A stretch of 64,000 nt of DNA from Candidatus Binatia bacterium (GCA_035566895.1 DATMQA010000088.1:1-64000), one strand, 5' to 3'. Counted from the stretch's first letter, positions 1-10,373 are shown. A program made the numbers and translations. Notes: generated by a model not told the origin, from the letters alone.

Positions 1-561
1 ATGGACCTATCCAACGCACAAGCCGCCCGTGCGGCCAGCACCGCCACTGGTTCCAATTGGTTTTGGGGAACGACACATTCTCGACAGGTCGCGTTCATGC
101 ACGGATTCTACACCCCCCTGCAAGAAACTGGGTTGCGCCCGAATGATCTTGGACAGCGAGGATTCAATTGTGTCGTTACACTATCTTGCCGCACGGTGGC
201 CGACTGGTGCATAGCCCCGGCGGCCGGCGGGGCGCGATGTTTATAGTAGCGCTCGCTGGAACCACGCACTAAGCCGCAGCGGGGCGTGATGTTCCGAACG
301 ACGGCGTTCCAAGCTCTTTGCGCACCTCCATTTACTCCTTTGGAGGCGGCGGAAACCCCAGCCCATATTTCTTCCCAAGCTCAATCACCCGCGGGATGCC
401 CCAACGGCCGAAGCTCGCTTCTGGCTGGCGGGTAAAACTATAGTTTGATCCGTTCAACGTGTGGGAAAGTTGTCCCAATTGCCTCATTGCTACGAATTGC
501 ATGATCAAGTTTTTGCCGAAACCCTGTAACATTTTTCGGGTTTTGCTTCTGAGGAAGGTGT

Positions 562-3201
562 ATGAATGGACCCGGACCTGATCCCAAAATGGAAAGCAAA
601 TGTCCCCAATGCGGTGCGTCGCTGCCGGCCGGGGCGCTGGAGGGGCTTTGTCCCGCCTGCCTCCTCAAGCAAGGCGCCGCCGCGGAAACGGCCACCCAGC
701 CGGAAGTCGCGCCATTTCAGCCACCCAGCGTCGAGGAAATGGCGCGGATGTTTCCCCAACTCGAAATTCAGGCCTTCATCGGCAAAGGCGGCATGGGGGC
801 CGTTTACAAGGCCAGGCAGCCGGCACTGGATCGCCTGGTGGCGCTAAAAATTCTCCCGCCACAAGTGGCCAGCGGACCCGGCTTTGCCGAACGTTTCAAC
901 CGCGAAGCCCGGGCGCTCGCCAAGCTGAGTCATCCCAACATAGTCGCCGTCCATGAATTCGGCCAGGTAAACGGGCTGCCGTTCTTTATCATGGAATTCG
1001 TCGACGGGCTGAACCTTCGGCAGTTGGAGCGCGCGGGAAAATTGTCACCTCGCGAGGCCTTGCAGATCGTCCCGCAGATTTGCGAGGCGCTGGAATTCGC
1101 CCACGACGAAGGCATCGTGCACCGGGATATCAAGCCGGAGAACATCCTGTTGGACAAAAAGGGCCGGGTAAAGATCGCCGACTTCGGCATCGCAAAGATC
1201 ATGGGTGCCGAACCCGAAATCGGCCTCACCGAAACCCGGGGAGTCATCGGCACCCCGCAATATATGGCGCCCGAGCAAGTCGAGAAGCCGGAGACAGTGG
1301 ACCATCGCGCGGACATTTTTTCTTTGGGGGTGGTTTTTTATGAGATGCTCACCGGTGAACTGCCGCTGGGGAAGTTCGCTCCGCCCTCAAGCAAAGTGAA
1401 CGTGGACGTCCGATTGGATGACGTGGTGCTTCGCGCCCTGGAAAAGGAACCTGAACGCCGCTACCAATACGCGAGCCAGGTGAAGACCGCGGTGGACACC
1501 ATCGCCAGCACCACCCCGCCGCCGCCACCACCGGATGCCCAGGCCCTGGCCCGGGAAATCCTGGCCCGGGATTACGTGTTGGACATCGGGAGTTGCCTGC
1601 GCCGAAGCTGGGCGCTGGTGCGAAGCGAGTTTTGGCCGATAGTCGGCGTCAGTGCGCTCATGTTGCTGCTGGTGCAGGCCGCCAGCTCCACTGCGGTGGG
1701 TATCGTCGCCGTCGGCCCGCTGATGGGTGGTTTGTGGCTTTACCTCGTGAACCGGGCGCGCGGCGAGCCTGCCGGGCTGGACACCGCCTTCTCCGGATTC
1801 CGCATCGCCTTTGTGAACTTATTCCTGGCCGGCTTCGTCAGGTTTGTGCTGACGTTGCTCGGCTTTATCTGCCTGATTTTGCCCGGGCTTTATCTCGCCG
1901 TGGCGTGGATGTTCGCGCTGTTGCTGGTCATCGACCTGCGGCTCGATTTCTGGCCGGCCATGGAGTTAAGCCGCAAGGTCGTGACCCGTCATTGGTGGAA
2001 GCTCTTCGGGTTCTGGCTCGTGCTGTTGGTGATAAACGCCGCCGGAGCCCTCGCTTGCGGAATTGGACTATTCTTTACCGCTCCCATCGCCCTCGCGGCC
2101 ACGGTGTTCGCCTACGAAGACATCTTTGGCTCCGCCCGACGAAAGGCGCCTGAACTTTCTGCTCGCGTGGGTCCGTCCGGCACTGCGGTGCTGGCAACCG
2201 CGCCGGCGAAGGGCTCTTTACCCGGCGGCGTGGCCTGGAAGCCGCTCGTGGCCGGCCTAGCCGCCGTCGTATTCCTTCTTATCTTGGCTGTGGCGTTATT
2301 CGCTCACAGAGCGCAGAGAATTGCCGAGGCTGAGGCATGGAGCGCTCAGCAGGCGGCAGCCTGGGAAGCCGAAGCAAGACCAAACTTTGCCTTCGGCCCG
2401 GTGACCGAGCGCGTATTCGAGTTCAGCGATCCCAATCACCGGGCCTTGAATTTGGCTTCCGGCAACTTCGTGGCCTCGACGCCCGAGCATCCGCTGGATT
2501 TCAGCCTGGGTGGGAGCAACTCTTTGAGGGAAGCCGGCGTGGACCTGTATCTCAGCGACGCGGCGCTGAACGCTTTTGTTAACAAAACGGGACGTGATGA
2601 GACCGAGGTTCCCCGGCTCGACGTGCTGGATCGCCGGGCGTTTAGCCCTGCGCTTTCCGATGACGGCGGTGGACCGATGAACGATATCACCAGCGCCCAG
2701 AATGGCACCCTCGACCGGCTGATAGAACGTCGTGAGATGTTGGAGCAGACCGACGACAGCCTCGCCGGCAGCAACGTGTTCAGGCTGGTTACGCGCGACG
2801 GCACCGAGAGCCTGGTGCAGCTCAGCGGCCTCACCGACGAACCGCGCGGCGTAAGGGTTCGCTACAGACTGCTAAAAGAAACCTCAGCTTCCGGGGAAGG
2901 GCGCAACCTTTCGCTTCAAAGTCTGACCGAGCGGCGGGACGCTGCGGAGAGGATCGGTAATAACGCGGAACGGGACCGGGCGTTTGCCAGACTGGCCGGC
3001 GATTCCGCCCGGGCGGGAAAGGTGGAGCTGGTGCGCAAATCGCTTGAAGGGATCATCGATAATAACATGCGCGACCAGGCGGCGTTGGATGCAGTGCGCC
3101 TGCTGGCGGGGCGCCGGCTCCGGAAGCAGGCCATACCGATCGCCGAAAGCATCATCGGCAGTGAACTCCGCGATCGGGCATTCTCCGAATTGGCTCGGTA
3201 A
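562..3201 (+). CDS. Membrane-anchored Ser/Thr protein kinase with N-terminal zinc-ribbon, multi-TM segment and C-terminal periplasmic/extracytoplasmic domain
   Basis: ATG at 562 preceded by GAGGAAGG RBS. Cys4 ribbon (CPQCGASL...CPACL). Hanks kinase motifs HRDIKPENILLD, DFGIAK, GTPQYMAPE. About four hydrophobic helices at aa 350-520. Strong GC3 bias. Confidence 0.9.
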   Translation: MNGPGPDPKMESKCPQCGASLPAGALEGLCPACLLKQGAAAETATQPEVAPFQPPSVEEMARMFPQLEIQAFIGKGGMGAVYKARQPALDRLVALKILPPQVASGPGFAERFNREARALAKLSHPNIVAVHEFGQVNGLPFFIMEFVDGLNLRQLERAGKLSPREALQIVPQICEALEFAHDEGIVHRDIKPENILLDKKGRVKIADFGIAKIMGAEPEIGLTETRGVIGTPQYMAPEQVEKPETVDHRADIFSLGVVFYEMLTGELPLGKFAPPSSKVNVDVRLDDVVLRALEKEPERRYQYASQVKTAVDTIASTTPPPPPPDAQALAREILARDYVLDIGSCLRRSWALVRSEFWPIVGVSALMLLLVQAASSTAVGIVAVGPLMGGLWLYLVNRARGEPAGLDTAFSGFRIAFVNLFLAGFVRFVLTLLGFICLILPGLYLAVAWMFALLLVIDLRLDFWPAMELSRKVVTRHWWKLFGFWLVLLVINAAGALACGIGLFFTAPIALAATVFAYEDIFGSARRKAPELSARVGPSGTAVLATAPAKGSLPGGVAWKPLVAGLAAVVFLLILAVALFAHRAQRIAEAEAWSAQQAAAWEAEARPNFAFGPVTERVFEFSDPNHRALNLASGNFVASTPEHPLDFSLGGSNSLREAGVDLYLSDAALNAFVNKTGRDETEVPRLDVLDRRAFSPALSDDGGGPMNDITSAQNGTLDRLIERREMLEQTDDSLAGSNVFRLVTRDGTESLVQLSGLTDEPRGVRVRYRLLKETSASGEGRNLSLQSLTERRDAAERIGNNAERDRAFARLAGDSARAGKVELVRKSLEGIIDNNMRDQAALDAVRLLAGRRLRKQAIPIAESIIGSELRDRAFSELAR

Positions 3202-3222
3202 AGAGTTGCAAAACTAAATGAC

Positions 3223-3972
3223 TTGAGCACCGAAAACCCAACTGCAGCCACCGGCGCGCCGCGCGACGTCTTCGCCACCACTCATTGGACGGTGGTGCTG
3301 GCCGCCGGTCGCGGCAGGTCGCCCGAGGCTGAAGTTGCTCTGGAGGAATTGTGCCGGACGTATTGGTTCCCGCTCTACGTTTACGTTCGACGCCAAACGC
3401 CCACGCGCGAAGATGCGGAAGACCTGACCCAGGCGTTCTTTGCCCGCTTCCTGGAAAAGAATTACCTCGAAAAACTCACCAGCCAAAAAGGGAAATTCCG
3501 CGCTTTTCTCCTGGCCGCGCTGAAGCATTTTCTGGCCAATGAGTGGGACCGCGCCAGCAGGCAGAAGCGCGGAGGCGGTGTGGCGCCTCTCTCACTGGAT
3601 TGGCAGGACGCTGACGCGCGCTATCAAATTGAGCCGGCCGATAATCTGAGTCCCGACAAACTCTATGATCGCGCCTGGGCGGTGACCCTGCTGGAAAGGG
3701 TGCTGGCTCGCCTGCGCGATGAGAATGCGGCGGAAGACAAGGCGAGGTGCTTCAAACAATTGAAAGCGTTCCTGATGGTTGGCACGAACGCTATCCCCTA
3801 CGGCGAAGCCGCCGGCAGACTCAACTTAAGCGAAGGCGCGGTGCGGGTCGCCGTTCATCGCCTGCGGCGGCGCTACCGGGAGCTGCTCCGTGAGGAAATC
3901 GGCCAAACCCTCTCCGACGCCGCTGAAATCGCCGAGGAGATGCGGACCCTCTTTAGCGCCTTCGCCAATTGA
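3223..3972 (+). CDS. ECF-type RNA polymerase sigma factor (STK-associated Planctomycetes/Verrucomicrobia type)
   Basis: TTG start 22 nt after the kinase stop. N-terminal 'TTHWTVVLAA' motif. Sigma-70 region 2 (YWFPLYVYVRR) and region 4 (LNLSEGAVRVAVHRLRRRYRELL). Confidence 0.85.
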   Translation: MSTENPTAATGAPRDVFATTHWTVVLAAGRGRSPEAEVALEELCRTYWFPLYVYVRRQTPTREDAEDLTQAFFARFLEKNYLEKLTSQKGKFRAFLLAALKHFLANEWDRASRQKRGGGVAPLSLDWQDADARYQIEPADNLSPDKLYDRAWAVTLLERVLARLRDENAAEDKARCFKQLKAFLMVGTNAIPYGEAAGRLNLSEGAVRVAVHRLRRRYRELLREEIGQTLSDAAEIAEEMRTLFSAFAN

Positions 3973-4159
3973 GAAACCGCCGGCGGTCTCCTTCCACGCC
4001 TGGGGAATGGCGACCCTGCAGAAGTGTGCAGCAAACGCGCAGTTCATATCTGCTTCGAAATGAGCTATTAACCCCGGCAGACAATCCTTGGCTAATTCAT
4101 CTGCGTGAGCCTTTATGAGCGCAGATTAGCTCTGTAGCCGTTATTAGCGCTTCAACTGT

Positions 4160-4678
4160 TCAACAGAAACCTTGAAATCCGAGCAAAGCAGGAGCGGGGT
4201 GGGTCAGCCAATCGCCGGTTGGCCGGTAATCAAGCGCGGCAAGGTCATTCTCATCCTGCAGGCGATGGATGTGGTCCAGTTGCTCGTGAGTCAATCCCTG
4301 GCGGTAATCGGACCACCAGTTAAACCAACGCCAGAAAAATCGTGAGAACCCGGATTCGGGGGTAAAGGGAAGGACAATGTCGAAGCGTTCGGTCGCTTGG
4401 GCCAGGGCCGAGAGTTGCGCGAAGAGGCGGTTGCGCCTCTCCCCATGCAGTGATGCGTTTTTTCCGCTGGATGCGCCCGCCCATTCCGCGTCTTTGACAA
4501 GCGCAACCACATGTCGGCAGGCTGAAAAAATGTATATTTCCGGGGCATGAACCAGGAATTCTGTGTCGAATTCCTGCATCACGTTCAGCTCGAGTTTAGC
4601 TTCGGACATAAACAAGCCTTGCCTCAAAAAAAGGCAGTTCTTGGTGGCCGCATAGTCCGTGCCATACTGAGGTACCAA
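4160..4678 (-). CDS. Hypothetical protein (start uncertain; internal M at 4609 possible)
   Basis: 172-aa ORF in an otherwise gene-free gap. No recognisable motif. Moderate GC3. Confidence 0.4.
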   Translation of the reverse strand: MVPQYGTDYAATKNCLFLRQGLFMSEAKLELNVMQEFDTEFLVHAPEIYIFSACRHVVALVKDAEWAGASSGKNASLHGERRNRLFAQLSALAQATERFDIVLPFTPESGFSRFFWRWFNWWSDYRQGLTHEQLDHIHRLQDENDLAALDYRPTGDWLTHPAPALLGFQGFC

Positions 4679-4787
4679 GTGCCGGTGACGCCGGCTAACG
4701 GCCAGGCATTCTACCGCCTGTCCGTTCGCTAACTAGCCGTATGCGAACCGCAGCGCAAATGCTATCTTCCGTCACGAAAAAACGCTG

Positions 4788-6788
4788 ATGAAGAACAGGT
4801 CGTTTCTTGGCCCAGCTCTGGCGGTGCTGTGCCTCCTCGCCGGTCCAGGACGGGAGGTTCAAGCCGCGCCGGCTCCCAGCGACCAGGCGGCGCAACCCGG
4901 GACCTTCTTCAAAAGCTCCAAGCCATACACGCGCTGGTGGTGGTTCGCCTCCGAGATCAGGAAAGAAGACCTCGACGCGCAGTTGGAATGGCTAAAGGAT
5001 AACAATTTCGGCGGCGTCGAGATTGCCTGGCTCTACCCGCCTCGGCCCAAGGTCTGGGCCAAGCTGTTCAGCCAGTTGAGTCCCGAGGAAAAGCAGCGCC
5101 GGACCCAGGCCGCCAAGTGGCTCAGCCCCGAGTGGTCGGCGCTCGTCGCCTACGCCAAACAGAAGGCCGACAGCCTGGGACTCGGCTGCGACTTCACCTT
5201 CGGCAGCGGGTGGCCATTTGGCGATACCGGCGTCACGAAAGACGAATCGGTGCAAATATACGGCAAGCCGGACTTTGAACAACGCATCGAAAGGATCTCC
5301 TGGGAGCTGCCCGCCAAACCGCTCGTCTTGAACCATCTCGACCATCGGGCCTTCGCGCACTATGCCCAGCGGATTGGCCAAGCGCTGGCCCCTGCCCTGG
5401 CGGGCTCGCGCAGCGGCCTGTTCTGCGACTCGTGGGAGGTCGAGACGCACGGCTTGTGGACGCGCGGCTTCGGCGAGGCGTTCAAAAAGAAATTCGGCTA
5501 CCATGTGGAGCCCTTCATGAGCCGCCTCTACGACCGCGATAGCGGCGACGTCCGCTACGACTACATGAAGCTGCTGTCGGATTACGTCATCGAGGAGTTC
5601 TACCAGCCCTTCGCGCGGACCAGCCACGAGCTAGGGGCGTTCTCTCGCGTGCAAGCCCACGGTTCGCCGACCGACCTCATCAGGGCCTATGCCTTGTTTG
5701 ACGTGCCGGAAACCGAGGCGATGCTTTTCGAGCCGCCGTTCGGCAGGATCGCGGCCTCGGCCGCCGCCCTGGCCTCGCGCAGGGAAGTCAGCGCGGAGAC
5801 GTTTACCTGCTTGTACGGATACGCCCGCGAGCACCACGAGGAAGAACAGACGGCCGACCTCAAGCTCGTCGCCGACGCCATGTTCGCCAACGGGGTGAAT
5901 CAAATCGTCTGGCATGGCACGCCGCTTAGCTACAAGGACGCCGGGCACGACAGCGAATTCTACGCCACCGTGCATGTCGGGCGCGAAGGCGCGCTGGCCA
6001 AGGACCTGGCGGCCTTCAACGCCTACATGGAAAAGGTCTCCGAGTTCATGAAGCGGGGCAGGACCTTCTCGGATATCGCGGTGTACCTGCCGTTGGAGGA
6101 TTCCTGGGTGACGGGGGAATATCCGAAAGGACTGCAAATACCCTGGGGCGCATCGGATGCCTTCGAACTGCGCGACGCCCGCTTTCCGGACGAGTTGAGG
6201 GGGTATCATCCGTTGTGGATCAACCATGAGTTTTTGAAACGCGGGGCGATGGAGGGCCGCCGCCTGCGCGTCGCAGACCTGACTTTTTCGATGCTCTATG
6301 TGGATGCTTCCTATCTGGACCTGGAAACGCTCGGCACCATCTTGCAGGTTGCCAAGGCGGGACTGCCGCTCTGTCTGAAGTGCGCACCGAAACAGGCCGG
6401 CCGCATCAAGTCAAATGCGTTCGCTGCACAGCTCAAGAAGCTTCGCTCACTTGCGAACGTCTCTTCCGACCTCGGAACGGTCGTCGCCAGCAAGCCGCTG
6501 GTTGCCGGCGAGGATCTCCCGGATTACTGGGCCCGGGTGGATAAGGGCGAGGTTATCATCTTTTTTGCCCACCCGATGACGCGAGACCTCCGGCTGCCCC
6601 TGCGCTTCGGACAGTCGTTCACAGACCAGGAGCTGACGCGCGATGTGACCCTGGCGGCCGCCGGACGCTCGCTGCCGCTCAAGCTGGTATTCAAGCCGTA
6701 CCAATCGCTCTTACTTAAGCTGGATAAAGGGGGGCGTGCCGAGTTCCAGGACATCCCGTACCAACCTCCACCGGCAGTGCCTTATTGA
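4788..6788 (+). CDS. Secreted putative glycoside hydrolase (signal peptide; GH106/alpha-L-rhamnosidase-like N-terminal 'YTRWWW...GGVEI' signature)
   Basis: Signal peptide MKNRSFLGPALAVLCLLAGPGREVQA. 666-aa ORF with strong GC3 bias. Family assignment is by memory of the RWWW motif only. Confidence 0.6.
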   Translation: MKNRSFLGPALAVLCLLAGPGREVQAAPAPSDQAAQPGTFFKSSKPYTRWWWFASEIRKEDLDAQLEWLKDNNFGGVEIAWLYPPRPKVWAKLFSQLSPEEKQRRTQAAKWLSPEWSALVAYAKQKADSLGLGCDFTFGSGWPFGDTGVTKDESVQIYGKPDFEQRIERISWELPAKPLVLNHLDHRAFAHYAQRIGQALAPALAGSRSGLFCDSWEVETHGLWTRGFGEAFKKKFGYHVEPFMSRLYDRDSGDVRYDYMKLLSDYVIEEFYQPFARTSHELGAFSRVQAHGSPTDLIRAYALFDVPETEAMLFEPPFGRIAASAAALASRREVSAETFTCLYGYAREHHEEEQTADLKLVADAMFANGVNQIVWHGTPLSYKDAGHDSEFYATVHVGREGALAKDLAAFNAYMEKVSEFMKRGRTFSDIAVYLPLEDSWVTGEYPKGLQIPWGASDAFELRDARFPDELRGYHPLWINHEFLKRGAMEGRRLRVADLTFSMLYVDASYLDLETLGTILQVAKAGLPLCLKCAPKQAGRIKSNAFAAQLKKLRSLANVSSDLGTVVASKPLVAGEDLPDYWARVDKGEVIIFFAHPMTRDLRLPLRFGQSFTDQELTRDVTLAAAGRSLPLKLVFKPYQSLLLKLDKGGRAEFQDIPYQPPPAVPY

Positions 6789-7130
6789 GCCTGCCTTTCC
6801 TAAGCTGACATTAGCCGGGGAGCCGGGTGGGGTAAGGGTGCCTTGGCAAAGCCGGTAAGCCAAGCAGTGAGAGTTGACAAAGCTACCGCTGCCAGACGAG
6901 CGCCGACACGGCGGGGGACCTGAAAGAGAATTGGGTGGATGAGATCACAGATAGTCGAGGTGTTTATGCCGATCCGTTTGGCCAAGGCGGTGTGCTGCTA
7001 GGTTACTGGGTCGGCGTTCCGCCATTTCGCCATTATGGGAACAAATGCAGATTAGCAGATCCCCTTGTATTTTCAACTCCGATGCTGCCTGCCCCCCGAT
7101 GGTGGCGACTTTACGTCCGGTGCTTTTCGC

Positions 7131-8753
7131 TTAGGGCACTCGCAGCGTATAAAACTGCCGCAGGCTCGTTCCGATGGCGTTCGTGAAGGAGAATTTGCCG
7201 TTGGTGTCAAAACTCCCGTTCGTCAACACCACCCAGTTGGTGCGCGGCAATAGCAGGTTCGTCGAGATCAACACGCGATACGTGCCGCCCGGACCGCTGT
7301 TGTTCGTCCCGCTCAAGATAAAAGTTCCGCCGCTCACCGCAACGCGCTGGATCGTCGGCGCCGACAAAATGGAGGTGAAGGTAAACCTGTCCGCCGCTGT
7401 CAGGGCCGAGGTTCCATAACCAAAAATGGGCGCGTTGACATTGGCGTTGGGATTGCTGCTGATGTTGTCCACTTCGTTAGTGCCCGATTGAACCTTCACA
7501 TCCACCGTCCCGGAACCGCTGGGAATTGTCACCGAGATCTGGGTGTCGCCGAGCACGTTGACCGAGCCGGCGGCCGTGCTGCCAAAGAGCACCGACAGGC
7601 GCCCCGCCGCGCCCGAGAAGTTCTGGCCCTGAACGGTGAGAGCGCTGCCGAGCGGACCGTTGGCTGCGCTCAAGCCGGTCACGATGGGCATGAGGTTGAC
7701 AACGTCGAAATTGGTGGCCTGCAACTGCCTGATACCATTGAGGACATCGGTCATGTCCCAGGTGAGGCTGATGCCGTTGGTGGCGTTCACCGAGGCGGAC
7801 GCGCCCGTGACATACATGGCACTGCCGACATCCGCGAGGATGAGGCCGTATTGCTGCATGGCCCGGGCAAGGCTCTGAGACTGAGGACCCATCGTGCTGA
7901 TCAAAGCGTTGACGGCCGGCGTGTTCTTCAGGCGCAATCGGCCGCCAAAAGGCAAATTGGTGGCGCCCTGCGAAGTCGAAACTATGTGCGAGCCGGGAAA
8001 AACGTATTGTGGGTTAATATCGCCGGCCGGCAAGGTCATGCGCAGGGCGTGGTTGATGGCGCCCTGGCCTCCCTGCGCCACAGTCAACCCCTCATCGGGC
8101 CGGGCCAGTCCGGCCAGGATCGACAGTCCCGCGGCGTCCGCGGACGTCTCGCCGAGAGTGCGGAAGCTGTTCGCGTTAAAGTTCCAGACGGTTTCCTGGG
8201 CTGCGTGCCACTTGCCGTCCGTATGAGGAAGTTCAACGCCGCTCGTATTGGGAAACAAGGTCGTGTCGGATGGACGGGTCACCCCATACAGCTCAAAGCC
8301 GATGTTGTTGTCCTCGTCCCAAACGATCAGATGCGAGTCGCCGCGTTGACCCGTGTTGTAACCGCCCCCGTTGGGATTTGGTCCGTTTTGGTAATCGCCT
8401 TCAATTACGGCATTCGCCGGAATCGGCACCCCGACGATGTCACTTTCACCGGGATAATTGTCGATGATGACATTGATCTTCGTAGTGCTGTTGCCGTGGA
8501 CCACGTTGAAGGGAATCCCGTACAAGGGGCTGGCCCCATTGGAAGCACTATCCGCGCCCCAATCGGGGTGGATATGGATCGAGGAGCCGATGTGGGCGAT
8601 GATAGCTGCCGAATTCGTCGCCACTGGCGCGTTGCTGATGTCCTGGTTCCAGGGATAGTTCGTTGGATAGAGCTGGTTCCCAAGCAACGAAGCCAGTCCC
8701 GAGTGGACGGGCGTCAGCGCTGCACCTGTCGCCAAGGCCATCAGGCGCTTCAT
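7131..8753 (-). CDS. Secreted protein with IPT/TIG-like Ig domains and C-terminal '...FYTLRVP' sorting-like domain
   Basis: Start chosen at the internal ATG giving signal peptide MKRLMALATGAALTPVHSGLAS. 'LTVQGQNFSGAAGRLSVLFGSTAAGSVNVLGDTQISVTIPSGSG' IPT-like segment. C-terminal domain shared with two other proteins in the window. Confidence 0.75.
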   Translation of the reverse strand: MKRLMALATGAALTPVHSGLASLLGNQLYPTNYPWNQDISNAPVATNSAAIIAHIGSSIHIHPDWGADSASNGASPLYGIPFNVVHGNSTTKINVIIDNYPGESDIVGVPIPANAVIEGDYQNGPNPNGGGYNTGQRGDSHLIVWDEDNNIGFELYGVTRPSDTTLFPNTSGVELPHTDGKWHAAQETVWNFNANSFRTLGETSADAAGLSILAGLARPDEGLTVAQGGQGAINHALRMTLPAGDINPQYVFPGSHIVSTSQGATNLPFGGRLRLKNTPAVNALISTMGPQSQSLARAMQQYGLILADVGSAMYVTGASASVNATNGISLTWDMTDVLNGIRQLQATNFDVVNLMPIVTGLSAANGPLGSALTVQGQNFSGAAGRLSVLFGSTAAGSVNVLGDTQISVTIPSGSGTVDVKVQSGTNEVDNISSNPNANVNAPIFGYGTSALTAADRFTFTSILSAPTIQRVAVSGGTFILSGTNNSGPGGTYRVLISTNLLLPRTNWVVLTNGSFDTNGKFSFTNAIGTSLRQFYTLRVP

Positions 8754-8933
8754 ACGGCGTCTTTCTCGTCGCATTTTTCTCGAAACGTTGTGCCGGCATT
8801 GAAGCCCCCCAAGCACACGAAAGGGGACCGGCGCTCACACTCCGGGGCCGGCAGACGATTTCCCAAATGATACTCCCAAGGTGCAGGCTCATCCAATGAA
8901 ATTCTACGCAATACTGACTTCAGGGCGGTCAGG

Positions 8934-10373
8934 TCAATGGTCCAGGTTCCGTTGCCCCGCGGTTCTTTCCAATTTCTCAAGCCTTAACCTCAAGGCTTCA
9001 ATCTCGGCGTCCTTGGTTTTCACTTGCGCTTCGAGTTTTTGATTCAGTCCCTGAATGGCGGTCAGAGCGACGCCGCCTTCATCGACAATGCCGATGGTCG
9101 TGTCGCTGGCACCGAGACCAAAGGTTGCTTTGAAATCCTGCGCGGTCGGGCCGAGATGGCGGATATTTGGGACCTCGTTGGTGAAACGCCAGCTTTGGAT
9201 CGGCAACGCGACCAGCCTCGCCAGAATATCCTCCGGATTGACCCCGAGGAATCCGGTCTTGATGTTGCGGTCCGAACCGAGGGACGAGGAAATTATTAAA
9301 GTGTTGCCGTTGGTGCCGATGGTGACGCCGGTGCCGGCTGCTAGAATGACTCGGTCGCTTAATCCGTTGAGACTGGTCACAGCCTGGCCCGGTGAAAGGT
9401 CGGCCACGACACCGGCCGAGTAGGCGTAAAGCGCCTGGGGCGTCGGCGTGATGGGCAACGGCGGGGTGAGCGGAGTGAAACTGTTACCGTTGGGTGGCAT
9501 GACCGACATACTCAGCCAAAGCGGGTTGCCCATAAAAATGGTGGGGTTGAACGGCAACGGTGTGGTGAAAAGACCATTGACCACTTTCACCGCCTGGGTG
9601 ACCAACAAGCTTACGGGCAGGCCGTTGCTCCCGTCCAGCAGTTGGAAGGTAAAGTTGTACAGGCCGTTGCTCGGCGGCAACATGGGAATCGAATTGCAAG
9701 AGATGTTGCCCTGGAAACTCGGAAACGGCACTGGGACCGAATACGGAAGCTGGACGGGGTAGGCCCAATCCGGCGGCATGTCCGGCACGATGGCGGGAAC
9801 ATTGACGAGGGTCTCGTGGGCCTGGTTATTGCCATCCGTCCAGTCGTCGATGATGGTCAAGGTACCATTTTTTGGCTGTGTGTCCGAAAGCATTCCAAAG
9901 GTCGTGGCCGTCTTTCCGGGGGAAAGACAACCGGCACCAAACAGAAAAGTGACATCGCCCAGCGGCGTCAGTGTGCCCGAAGACACGTTGACAGTGCCGG
10001 TTCCATTGGTGAGCACGAGCACATCGTAGGTGCAGCTCAGCGGCCGGCTGAAATGGATCAAGAGTTTGACACAATGATTGGCCGCCACGGACATGCCGCT
10101 CAAGTCCAGGGAATAAACGTAAAAGACGTGGTCTTCCAAACGGACATTGTCAGCCTTATAGGACGCGACGCTGGTGACGACGCCGATTCCGGAAACCCCA
10201 GTCAACGTAAAGCTGTTGCTGGTGGTTAGGGGAGCTGGAACCAGCAGTGAATCGTCCCAGCATGGGCCGCCGGGAATGATGAGGGTCACATCGCCGACGG
10301 TCAACGAGCTGTTGGCACGCGTGGACGCAGCCACGCACGCGACGAGAAGAATTTGAACCAGGTATTTATTCAT
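8934..10373 (-). CDS. Secreted fibre-like protein with C-terminal intramolecular chaperone (peptidase S74 / tail-fibre chaperone-like) domain
   Basis: Start at internal ATG (10373) giving signal peptide MNKYLVQILLVACVAASTRA. C-terminus 'SDRNIKTGF...IRHLGPTAQDFKATFGLGASDTTIGIVDEGGVALTAIQGLNQKLEAQ...' followed by a coiled coil. Confidence 0.8.
   Translation of the reverse strand: MNKYLVQILLVACVAASTRANSSLTVGDVTLIIPGGPCWDDSLLVPAPLTTSNSFTLTGVSGIGVVTSVASYKADNVRLEDHVFYVYSLDLSGMSVAANHCVKLLIHFSRPLSCTYDVLVLTNGTGTVNVSSGTLTPLGDVTFLFGAGCLSPGKTATTFGMLSDTQPKNGTLTIIDDWTDGNNQAHETLVNVPAIVPDMPPDWAYPVQLPYSVPVPFPSFQGNISCNSIPMLPPSNGLYNFTFQLLDGSNGLPVSLLVTQAVKVVNGLFTTPLPFNPTIFMGNPLWLSMSVMPPNGNSFTPLTPPLPITPTPQALYAYSAGVVADLSPGQAVTSLNGLSDRVILAAGTGVTIGTNGNTLIISSSLGSDRNIKTGFLGVNPEDILARLVALPIQSWRFTNEVPNIRHLGPTAQDFKATFGLGASDTTIGIVDEGGVALTAIQGLNQKLEAQVKTKDAEIEALRLRLEKLERTAGQRNLDH

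Noticed and set aside
332-532. 66-aa minus-strand ORF upstream of the first kinase ('…IPRVIELGKKYGLGFPPPPKE')
   Set aside because: Too short, no motif, overlaps the likely kinase promoter/RBS region. Not called.
4992-6227. Minus-strand ORFs 4992..5627 and 5631..6227 within the glycoside hydrolase gene
   Set aside because: Antisense, low-complexity (Ala/Gly/Arg/Val), no start-context support.
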